DNA of 64,000 nucleotides, taken from the NCBI GenBank assembly GCA_963795085.1, contig CAWCFX010000004.1, forward strand, positions 384,001 through 448,000, read 5' to 3'. Shown one piece after another: positions 19,742-27,709 of the stretch. The DNA comes from an uncultured Gemmatimonadales bacterium (GTDB lineage Bacteria > Gemmatimonadota > Gemmatimonadetes > Gemmatimonadales > GWC2-71-9). Numbering within the stretch: position 1 is the stretch's first letter; the number at the start of each line of letters is the position of its first letter. The translations under genes and the position numbers were made by a program. The notes beneath the pieces were generated by a model that saw only the letters and a list, made by a program, of their open reading frames with translations, was not told the origin of the DNA and ran no database searches.

Positions 19742-20617
19742 ATGCTGCTCCCACTCCTGCTTGCCACGCTGGCCTTCGCCCCCCAGCAGACCGATACCAT
19801 CATCCCGGTGGCCACCGGCACCCGGCTTGAAGTCAACAACCCGGGCGGCGAAATCAAGGTCCGGGTCTGGGATCGCAACGCCGTGCAGGTCCGGGCCCGC
19901 CACTCCGCCCGCACCACCGTGTTGATCCGCAGTGGGGGGTCCGTTCTCCGGATCCGATCCGAAGCGAAACACGGCCCGGCCAACATCGTGGACTACGACC
20001 TGACAGTGCCCGCCTGGCTGCCGCTCAGCCTGGAGGGGATGTACAGCGACATGAGCATCGAGGGTACCCGGGCGGAGGTGAAAGTAGAGACGCTTAACGG
20101 GAACATCCTGGTGAAGGGCGGCACCGGCACACTCAAGCTGAACTCGGTACAGGGAGCGGTGGTGGTGGAGGGCGCCCGGGGCCGGCTCGAGCTCCACTCG
20201 GTCTCGGAGGGTATCCGGGTCATCGACGCCGAGGGCGACATCACGGCGGAGACCATCAGCGGAAGCCTGGAGTTCGTGCGGGTACGGTCCCGGTCGGTCG
20301 AAGCGGGGACGTTGAGCGGGGAGATCCTCTACGACGGGAGTTTCCTGGACGGGGGCCAGTACAGCTTCGTCAGCCATAGCGGCGACATCCTCCTCGGCGT
20401 CCCCGAATCGGCGAGCGCCACCTTCCACATCGCCACTCTGGACGGTGAAGTGAACAATCTCTTCCCGGTGCAGGGGCTGGAGCGGCCGAGCAAGCGGCGG
20501 ACCACCTTCCGGGTGGGTGGCGGGAGCGCCCGGGTGGATGTCGAGAGCTTCAACGGCAGCGTCCGGGTGGGCCGGCCCGGGCAGCTGAGCCTCACCCGCG
20601 ACGATGATGAGAACTAG
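19742..20617 (+). CDS. Secreted DUF4097 beta-strand repeat protein
   Basis: Signal peptide; repeated T/S-x-N/S-G-x-I units (TLNGNI, SVQGAV, TISGSL, TLSGEI, SFNGSV). Confidence 0.8.
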   Translation: MLLPLLLATLAFAPQQTDTIIPVATGTRLEVNNPGGEIKVRVWDRNAVQVRARHSARTTVLIRSGGSVLRIRSEAKHGPANIVDYDLTVPAWLPLSLEGMYSDMSIEGTRAEVKVETLNGNILVKGGTGTLKLNSVQGAVVVEGARGRLELHSVSEGIRVIDAEGDITAETISGSLEFVRVRSRSVEAGTLSGEILYDGSFLDGGQYSFVSHSGDILLGVPESASATFHIATLDGEVNNLFPVQGLERPSKRRTTFRVGGGSARVDVESFNGSVRVGRPGQLSLTRDDDEN

Positions 20618-21479
20618 GCTCATGATTCCCGCGCTCGCTTTGCTGACGCTGCTCGGGGTCCAGGGCGGCAGCCCAACTGCCCCCTTCGCCTGGAAGGAAA
20701 TCGTTCCGGCGGGTACTACCATTGAGGTCCGCGGCATCGTGGGGAGCATCAGCGCGGTGGCCGGGGCCGGGCGCGAGGTCGAGGTCACCGGGACCCGGAT
20801 TTCGGGGCATGTGGGCCCCCCCGGGGCCGTGGAGATCCGGGTGCTGCGAGAGGGAAGCCGGATCATCATCTGCGCGATTTATCCGCGGGACGACCGGTGG
20901 AATCACCCCGATGCCGGGTCGGAGGGCCGGGACGCCTGTGAGCAGGCCCAGGATGATGCTCCCCGGATCCGGGGCGGCAATGACACCCGGGTTGATTTCC
21001 AGGCCCGGTTGCCGGCGGGGGTTCACTTCGTGGGCCATACGGTGACGGAGGGTGTCGTGCTCAGCGGCCTGCGAGGGAATGCCGAAGGTTACAGCGTGGC
21101 GGGAACGGTACGGATTTCGGACGTGCGCGGCGACGTGGTGGATGCCGCATCCATCGGTGGTGACATCACGCTCGAGCGGGTAGATGCACGGGAGGTCTAT
21201 GCCGGCACCCTGAGCGGCGACGTCCGCTTTACCGGCGCGATTCACCGGGGCGGCGACTACAGTTTCCTCACGCACAGTGGCCACCTGTCCGTCGTGCTTC
21301 CCCGCGCTGCGGGGGTGACCCTGGCGGTGTACAGCCCGCGCGGTGGCCTGGAATCCGCGGTTCCCCTTACCCCCGCCGCGGATACCCGGAAGCGGTTCGG
21401 GGGGCGCCGGGGCGATGGGAGCGCCCGAATGAGGCTGACTACCATGAACGGCGAGGTCACTATCCGGGACGCCGACTAG
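20604..21479 (+). CDS. Second DUF4097 beta-strand repeat protein
   Basis: Signal peptide; SVAGTV, SIGGDI, TLSGDV, THSGHL, TMNGEV; start could be 20607 or 20622. Confidence 0.78.
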   Translation: MMRTRLMIPALALLTLLGVQGGSPTAPFAWKEIVPAGTTIEVRGIVGSISAVAGAGREVEVTGTRISGHVGPPGAVEIRVLREGSRIIICAIYPRDDRWNHPDAGSEGRDACEQAQDDAPRIRGGNDTRVDFQARLPAGVHFVGHTVTEGVVLSGLRGNAEGYSVAGTVRISDVRGDVVDAASIGGDITLERVDAREVYAGTLSGDVRFTGAIHRGGDYSFLTHSGHLSVVLPRAAGVTLAVYSPRGGLESAVPLTPAADTRKRFGGRRGDGSARMRLTTMNGEVTIRDAD

Positions 21480-21606
21480 ACTTGCAATTCCCAGACACCC
21501 AACGAGGACTGTATTGGATCGTGACATTGTCCCATCCATCGCGATAATAAGTTAACTCATTCATAGACAACGTCTTAAGTAATACAGCCTGCTCTGGCGC
21601 CGGTCT

Positions 21607-21621
21607 CGGCACGTCCATTGC
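21607..21621 (+). promoter_or_regulatory. Putative sigma-54 -24/-12 promoter
   Basis: CGGCAC-GTCCA-TTGC, with an AT-rich tract at about 21545-21585 upstream. Confidence 0.6.
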
Positions 21622-21673
21622 CGATACACAGGGTGACGCTCTTATCCCTACCACCCGAGCAGGAGCTTGACCC

Positions 21674-22525
21674 GTGCTGGACCTCTTCCGTGGGGCTCGT
21701 CGGCTGGCGCCGGCCATTCTTGCCGCCGTCCTGACCGTGGGTTGCGGCGACGCCGCGCTCAAGGAAACCAATCTTGGCTCGATCACGGATATCGTCACGG
21801 CGGTGGGAACGGCCGATGGTACCGTAGGGGGCTCCCTGGTGGCGGGCGAACGGCCGGCCTCCGATGCGAGCGGCCCCACCCTGACCGTCTCCGGCGTGCC
21901 CACGGCCATCAATGGCGGCAGCATCCGGGCGACCCTCACGGCGTCGGCACCCTTTACCCGGGCGATCGTCTCGATCCAGAGCCACGAGGACTACTACCAG
22001 GTGGACCTCGCCAACCCGGTGACCTCCGTTGACCTGGTGATCACGTTGAGCCAGGACGCTCCCCAGGCGACGCTGGGGTTGATCTATGCCGCCGCGCCGG
22101 CCAGCGGACCCTTCGGCAACCTGCTCACCCAGAGCATCAACATGCTGCGGGTGGGTGCGGGCGACGTACAGGTGAGTGTGACCTGGGATGCGCCGACCGA
22201 CGTGGACCTCCACGTGGTGGACCCCGCGCAGGAAGAGATCTATTTCGCCAACCTCACCTCGGCGAGCGGCGGAACCCTGGACCTCGATTCCAATGCGGCC
22301 TGCACCATCGACGGCATCAACAACGAGAATATCACCTGGCCGGTGAGCGGAGCCCCGTCCGGCACCTACGAGGTCAGCCTGGTTTACTGGTCGGCCTGCA
22401 GCCAGCCGCAGACCAACTACACCGTGACCGTGTTCGTCCGGGGCCAGGCGGCCCAGGTGTTCAGCGGCACCATGGTGACGTCCAACGCCAACACCAAGAT
22501 CCCGATCACGACCTTTACCAGGTAA
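21674..22525 (+). CDS. Lipoprotein with YfaP/DUF2135-like domain
   Basis: Lipobox-like LTVGC; DVQVSVTWDAPTDVDLHVVDP, GGTLDLD, ENITW, GTYEV. Confidence 0.75.
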   Translation: MLDLFRGARRLAPAILAAVLTVGCGDAALKETNLGSITDIVTAVGTADGTVGGSLVAGERPASDASGPTLTVSGVPTAINGGSIRATLTASAPFTRAIVSIQSHEDYYQVDLANPVTSVDLVITLSQDAPQATLGLIYAAAPASGPFGNLLTQSINMLRVGAGDVQVSVTWDAPTDVDLHVVDPAQEEIYFANLTSASGGTLDLDSNAACTIDGINNENITWPVSGAPSGTYEVSLVYWSACSQPQTNYTVTVFVRGQAAQVFSGTMVTSNANTKIPITTFTR

Positions 22526-22785
22526 CCGCCATGGCAGACGCCAGCCGCTGACCGCCGGGTTCCAGCAGTCTGACTGAGCGCCTGACGCCTCTGCCGCCAA
22601 TAGACCGGGGGATCGTGACCGTACGATTCCCCGGTCGCTTTTCCTGTGCATGTCATTGCACGTCACCCGGTGATGCAGTACCGGCGTGGGTGGTGACGCG
22701 GCTTACCTGTGATTCCCGTTACGGTGATGCGTCCGGCGGAGATGTAGCCTCGAGTGTCGTTCGGCTTCATCTACCAGGAGGGTCT

Positions 22786-23448
22786 GTGTCGACAATCAGT
22801 CTGGCGTCGCTGCGTCAGTTTCCGGAGTCGCTCCGCCCCCAGTTGCATGTGGCCTACGCGGCGGCGCGCGAGTCCCTGGTCGAGACCCACTCCGCCCAGG
22901 CGGTCCGGTTTACCGAGGAGTTCGCGCGGCGGATGCCCCCCCTCGAGGCGCTCGACCTGTATTTCCGGGTGGTGCCGGTTCCCCAGTCCATGACCGAATC
23001 GGTGATCAGCCGGGCCCTGGTCAGTCTCGATTTCGACCGCCTGCCCCAGGCGCCCGCGGTAGCGCCCCTCATGGGCAGCGTGAGGCTGCTCCGGCTTGAT
23101 CTCACGGTCGGGTTGATTCGCCGCCGCCGCCAGACGCTGGAAACCACCCACCAGCTGGCCCGGCTGGCCGGCGCCCGTGCCGCGGACGCAGTGCTCGACA
23201 CCCACGTGCTGAACGCGGCACGGATCGCGGAGATCCTCCACCACGTCGTCTGGGTGGATGATGCCGTCAGTCACTACATCCATTGCTTCCGCCTGCCGTT
23301 GCCGACCGCCTACATGGTATTCCAGCGGACCCGGGCCATGGTGGCCGATCGGAACCTGGCGGAGCTGCTCCCCCCGGCCAGCGAGCCCAGGGTAGTCCCG
23401 GTGCCGGAGTTGGCGATTGGCGAACGGCGAGTCAGGATCGCGGGATAG
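22786..23448 (+). CDS. Hypothetical helical protein with internal duplication
   Basis: GTG at 22786 after AGGAGG; two similar segments of about 60 aa. Confidence 0.65.
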   Translation: MSTISLASLRQFPESLRPQLHVAYAAARESLVETHSAQAVRFTEEFARRMPPLEALDLYFRVVPVPQSMTESVISRALVSLDFDRLPQAPAVAPLMGSVRLLRLDLTVGLIRRRRQTLETTHQLARLAGARAADAVLDTHVLNAARIAEILHHVVWVDDAVSHYIHCFRLPLPTAYMVFQRTRAMVADRNLAELLPPASEPRVVPVPELAIGERRVRIAG

Positions 23449-23485
23449 AAACGTCAGGCTGGGACTTCAGGTGGGAGATCGGGCC

Positions 23486-25036
23486 TCACACTCCGTGGGG
23501 CCTTATGCTTTTCTCCACCCATCCCAGCGCGCCATCCACCAGCAGGGCGAGCAGTGCGGCCGGGAGGGCGCCGGACATGATCATCCGAGTGTCCGCCAGG
23601 GCCAGGCCAGCCACGATCGGGTCCCCCAGGCCGCCCGCCCCGATGAAGGCCGCCAGCGTCGCCGTTCCCACGTTGATCACCGCCGCAGTCCGGATGCCGG
23701 CCATGACCACCGGTGCCGCCAGCGGAAGCCGGATGTATCGGAGGATCTGGCCTGCCGTCATCCCCAGGGCCATGCCGGCGGCCACCGCCGCCGGCGCCGC
23801 GTCACGGAGTCCGGTGTAGGTATTCCGCAGGACCGGATAGAGGGAGTAGAGAAAAAGCGCCAGCAGTGCGGGAATCAGCCCGATGCCGAGGAAGGGCAGC
23901 ATGAAGGCCAGCAGGGCGATGCTGGGAATCGTCTGCATGACGCCCACGCTGCGAATCACCGATTCGGCCCCGCCCCGGGCCCGTTCCAGCAGGAGGCCGA
24001 GGGGGACCGCGATGAGAATCGCCGCCGTGAGCGAGACTGCCACCAGGACCAGGTGGCGCAGGGTGAGGGCCAGCATGGTGCCCCGGCTTTCCCACAGATA
24101 GGCCCAGAACGATTCGGGGGAACGAACGGCCGGCGGGGCCGAGCCGGCCGTGAGACCCAGCTGGTGGAGCGCATCGCGCGCCACGATGGCGACCGGAGTG
24201 GCTTCCACCTCGATGCGCCGGTTGAGCCGGCGCATCGAGGTCGCGTCCAAACGACCGCTGAGCCGGCTCAGGATGTCCACCGCACCTGGCGCATCCCGCA
24301 GCAGCGCGGGCCCGGCGAGGTAGGCAGCCTCGTATGGCGGAAAGAACCGGCGATCGTCCCTGAGGACAACCAGGTTGTACCGGGACAGCATGCCATCGGT
24401 GGAATATCCGTCCACCAGGTCCACCGAGCCGGCGGCGAGCGCCTGGTACTTTACGGCCTGCAGGAGGGAGCGGACTTCGCGCGGATGAATGCCATAGGCC
24501 GTGCGAAGCCCGGGCAGACCATCGCTCCTGCCGATAAAGTCCGGGGTGAATCCCGCGATGAGTCCGGGCGCCGCTCCCGCAAGGTCGGAAAGCGTCTCCA
24601 GCTGGTATTCCGCGGCGGTTTCGGGCCGCACCGCGATGGCATAGGTGTTTTCGAATCCCAGCGGCGGCAGCCACTGGACCCCAAACCTCCGGATGAACTC
24701 GAACCGGACGAGTTGGTATGCCGCCTCCGGGTCCCGCATCGGCGGCCGTTTGAGAATCGCCAGCAGGCCGGTCCCGGTGTATTCCGGGTACACATCCACC
24801 TTGCCCTCCCGGAGCGCCGCGAACGCGATCTCGGTGGCTCCGAGGCCCAACCGGCGGTCCACCCGGTATCCATTGGCCTCCAGGAGCTGGGCCGCCATCT
24901 CCGCCAGCAGGTACGATTCACCAAACGGCTTGGACGCGATCACCAGCGGCCGGGACGGCTGCTGTCCCGGCAGCGGTGCGGCGACCGCCGCCAGCAGGAA
25001 CGCCAGCAGCAGGCGGACGACCGCAACCCGGCTCAT
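23486..25036 (-). CDS. Fused substrate-binding + permease subunit of a betaine-type ABC transporter (OpuAC/OsmF plus ProW-like; EgtU-like candidate)
   Basis: Signal peptide, ASKPFGESYLL, DVYPEYTGT, GFENTYA, FFPPYEAA; then QTIPSIALL, LPLAAPVVMAGIRTA, FIGAGGLG; ATG at 25036 overlaps the ATPase stop. Confidence 0.88.
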   Translation of the reverse strand: MSRVAVVRLLLAFLLAAVAAPLPGQQPSRPLVIASKPFGESYLLAEMAAQLLEANGYRVDRRLGLGATEIAFAALREGKVDVYPEYTGTGLLAILKRPPMRDPEAAYQLVRFEFIRRFGVQWLPPLGFENTYAIAVRPETAAEYQLETLSDLAGAAPGLIAGFTPDFIGRSDGLPGLRTAYGIHPREVRSLLQAVKYQALAAGSVDLVDGYSTDGMLSRYNLVVLRDDRRFFPPYEAAYLAGPALLRDAPGAVDILSRLSGRLDATSMRRLNRRIEVEATPVAIVARDALHQLGLTAGSAPPAVRSPESFWAYLWESRGTMLALTLRHLVLVAVSLTAAILIAVPLGLLLERARGGAESVIRSVGVMQTIPSIALLAFMLPFLGIGLIPALLALFLYSLYPVLRNTYTGLRDAAPAAVAAGMALGMTAGQILRYIRLPLAAPVVMAGIRTAAVINVGTATLAAFIGAGGLGDPIVAGLALADTRMIMSGALPAALLALLVDGALGWVEKSIRPHGV

Positions 25037-25770
25037 GGGAGCCGGACTCCGGCCCGCTGCAGCAGTTGCCGGACGTACAACGTGGCCGGCTTTTCCAGGA
25101 GCTCGCCGGCGGGCGCCAGCTGCTCGATCCGGCCCTGCCGCATCACTCCGATCCGGTCGGCCAGCCGGATCGCCTCGGCGATATCGTGGGTGACCAGCAG
25201 CATGGTGACGGAGATCCGGGTCCGGAGTTCCCGGAAGGCCTCCTGCAGGTCGCCGCGGGTGATGGCATCGAGGGCACCGAACGGCTCGTCCAGCAGGATG
25301 ACCGCGGGGTCCGGCGCCAGCGCCCGCGCGATGGCCACCCGCTGCCGCTGCCCGCCGGAGAGATCGCCCGGCCAGCGGTGCCGGAACAGGGGGGCGGGGA
25401 GCCCCACCAATTCGAGCGACCGGTCCGCCCGGGGTCCTGCATCGGGGAGGTCCAGCAGCCATGGCACCAGCGCCACGTTCCGATGGACGGTCCAGTGCGG
25501 CAGCAAGCCTCCCTCCTGGGGCACGTAGCCGGTCCGGCGCCGGAGCAGCACCGGATCCAGCGAGGCGGCATCCTTTCCTTCGACCAGTATGCGGCCCCCA
25601 TCGGGCACTACCATGCGGTTGAAGCAGCGAAGCAGGGTCGTCTTGCCCGACCCGCTCTCGCCCACCAGCGCGACGCACTCACCCGCCTCCACCGCCAGCG
25701 AGACCCGGTCCAGGGCGGTGACCGGGCCGAAGCGCCTGACGATGTCGATGGCCTCCAGCGCAGGGTGCAT
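25033..25770 (-). CDS. ABC transporter ATP-binding subunit (ProV/OsmV-like, no CBS tail)
   Basis: GESGSGKTT, LSGGQRQRV, LLDEPFGALD, VTHD. Confidence 0.92.
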   Translation of the reverse strand: MHPALEAIDIVRRFGPVTALDRVSLAVEAGECVALVGESGSGKTTLLRCFNRMVVPDGGRILVEGKDAASLDPVLLRRRTGYVPQEGGLLPHWTVHRNVALVPWLLDLPDAGPRADRSLELVGLPAPLFRHRWPGDLSGGQRQRVAIARALAPDPAVILLDEPFGALDAITRGDLQEAFRELRTRISVTMLLVTHDIAEAIRLADRIGVMRQGRIEQLAPAGELLEKPATLYVRQLLQRAGVRLP

Positions 25771-25781
25771 GGGCCGCGCCG

Positions 25782-26177
25782 CTATTCCTGGTCGAATCGG
25801 AGCGAAACGGAATTGATGCAGTAGCGCAGGCCGGTGGGGTCGGGGCCGTCGTCGAACACGTGGCCCAGGTGGCCTTCGCAGCGGGAGCAATGCACCTCGG
25901 TCCGGCGCGCGAGGAGGCTGTCGTCGGACTCGGTGGCGACGCTGTCCGGCTGGACCGGCGCCGAGAAGCTGGGCCACCCGGTTCCCGAGTCGAACTTGGT
26001 GTCGGCGGCGAAGAGTGGCTGGCCGCAGCCGGCGCAGACGTAGGTGCCCTTTTCCTTTGAGTCCCAGAACCGCCCCGAAAAGGCCCGTTCTGTCCCCTTG
26101 TGCCGGAGGACGCGGTATTCCTCCGGGCTCAGCTCCCGGGCCCAGTCAGCATCGGATTTCTTGATTTTCTCGCTCAT
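25782..26177 (-). CDS. msrB: Peptide methionine sulfoxide reductase MsrB
   Basis: GTERAF, CAGC, KFDSGTGWPSF, CSRCEGHLGHVFDDGP, RYCINS. Confidence 0.97.
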   Translation of the reverse strand: MSEKIKKSDADWARELSPEEYRVLRHKGTERAFSGRFWDSKEKGTYVCAGCGQPLFAADTKFDSGTGWPSFSAPVQPDSVATESDDSLLARRTEVHCSRCEGHLGHVFDDGPDPTGLRYCINSVSLRFDQE

Positions 26178-26371
26178 CCTGCCCTCCCGTCTGGAAATGG
26201 GAACTGGGGCGGCCCCTCGGTGTAAACCTAAGTGCCCCTTCGGTTTTTCCCGACACGTCGGGGGAGTTCACCACCCCAAAATGTGACTTGCGGCCTTTCG
26301 GGGAACCGATTCTGGGTTTATATGCGTTAAGTACTCTGGTTTTCGCATTCCGCCCCACACCCTCGAGATCC

Positions 26372-27709
26372 ATGACTGTGCACGCCGAGTTGCAGGTTCA
26401 CCCTTCCTATTTCGCCGAGCTCCTGGCCGAGGCGCGGGCCCGGACCCTCCTGCTTGTGAGCCAGCTGAGCGAAGTGGAATTGCGAACCCAGCATGATGTC
26501 CTGATGAGTCCCATTATATGGGACCTTGGCCACATCGCCCACTTCGAAGATGTCTGGCTCTTCCAGAATGTCGAGACCGGCGGCGCGGGAAAGGAAGGCC
26601 TGAGCGGCATCTTCGATCCGTTCAGCAACCCCCGATCAATCCGGGGCGGGCTGCCGCTGCCCAGTCTCGAGGAGTGTCTCAACGTGATGGCGATGGTCCG
26701 CGCCCGCGTCCTGGAGAAACTCTTCGCCACCGATTTCGAGGGGAATATCCCCCTGCTGCGCGACGGCTACGTTTACCAGATGGTGCTGCAGCATGAGTAC
26801 CAGCACAACGAGACGATTCTGCAGACCCTGCAGCTCAAGCAGGGCGAACCCTACCGGGCACCCCGGTCGGGGCTTCGCCCCGCGGGGGCGGCGATCGCCG
26901 CCGAAGCCGCCTGCGACCCCTTCGGCGCCATGGTGCGATTTCCGGGCGGGCTGGTGCCCATGGGCACCAACGACCGTAGCGCCGCCTATGACAACGAACG
27001 CCCCGAGCACCGGGTGCGGCTTCGCCCGTTCTGGATGGACCAGACCCCGGTGACCAACCAGCAGTTCCAGAAGTTTATCGAGGCGGGCGGCTACCGCCGC
27101 CGGGAGTTCTGGTCCGATGCAGGCTGGGCCTTGGTGACGGCCGAGGGGCTGGAGGCGCCCAAGTACTGGTTCCTGAAAGATGGAGAGTGGCATACCCGTC
27201 ATATGGACCGGGTGGGCAGGATTTCTCCCGCCCTCCCGGTGTGCCACGTCTGCTATTACGAGGCGGAGGCGTTCGCGCGGTTCGCGGGGAAGCGGCTTCC
27301 CACGGAGAGCGAATGGGAGGCGGCCGCGTCCTGGGACCCGGAGGGGGGCCGGAAGCGCCTCTACCCCTGGGGGAACGAGGCGCCCACGGAAGGGCACGCC
27401 AACCTCGACCAGCTGAGCTTCGAGCCGGCCCCGGTGGGCGCGTATTCCGCGAACCTGTCGCCGATCGGATGCTACGGAATGATCGGCGATGTGTGGGAGT
27501 GGACGGCCACTGATTTCGGCGGGTATCCTGGCTACGAGACGTTCCCGTACCGGGAGTATTCCGAAGTCTTCTTCGGCTCCGAATACAAGGTGCTTCGGGG
27601 AGGCTCCTGGGCCACCCGCCCGGGGGCGATTCGCAACACTTTCCGTAACTGGGACTATCCGATCCGGCGGCAGATTTTCAGCGGCTTTCGCTGCGCCCGC
27701 GATGGATAA
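26372..27709 (+). CDS. egtB: Ergothioneine biosynthesis sulfoxide synthase EgtB (type I-like)
   Basis: DinB-like SPIIWDLGH, QHEYQHNE (HxxxHxE), FGE-like RLPTESEWE, GDVWEW, PYREYS, FRNWDYPIRRQIFSGFR. Confidence 0.9.
   Translation: MTVHAELQVHPSYFAELLAEARARTLLLVSQLSEVELRTQHDVLMSPIIWDLGHIAHFEDVWLFQNVETGGAGKEGLSGIFDPFSNPRSIRGGLPLPSLEECLNVMAMVRARVLEKLFATDFEGNIPLLRDGYVYQMVLQHEYQHNETILQTLQLKQGEPYRAPRSGLRPAGAAIAAEAACDPFGAMVRFPGGLVPMGTNDRSAAYDNERPEHRVRLRPFWMDQTPVTNQQFQKFIEAGGYRRREFWSDAGWALVTAEGLEAPKYWFLKDGEWHTRHMDRVGRISPALPVCHVCYYEAEAFARFAGKRLPTESEWEAAASWDPEGGRKRLYPWGNEAPTEGHANLDQLSFEPAPVGAYSANLSPIGCYGMIGDVWEWTATDFGGYPGYETFPYREYSEVFFGSEYKVLRGGSWATRPGAIRNTFRNWDYPIRRQIFSGFRCARDG

Noticed and set aside
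23486..25678. 730-aa ORF as a larger transporter fusion
   Set aside because: The extension overlaps the ATPase gene in another frame; the real start is ATG 25036.
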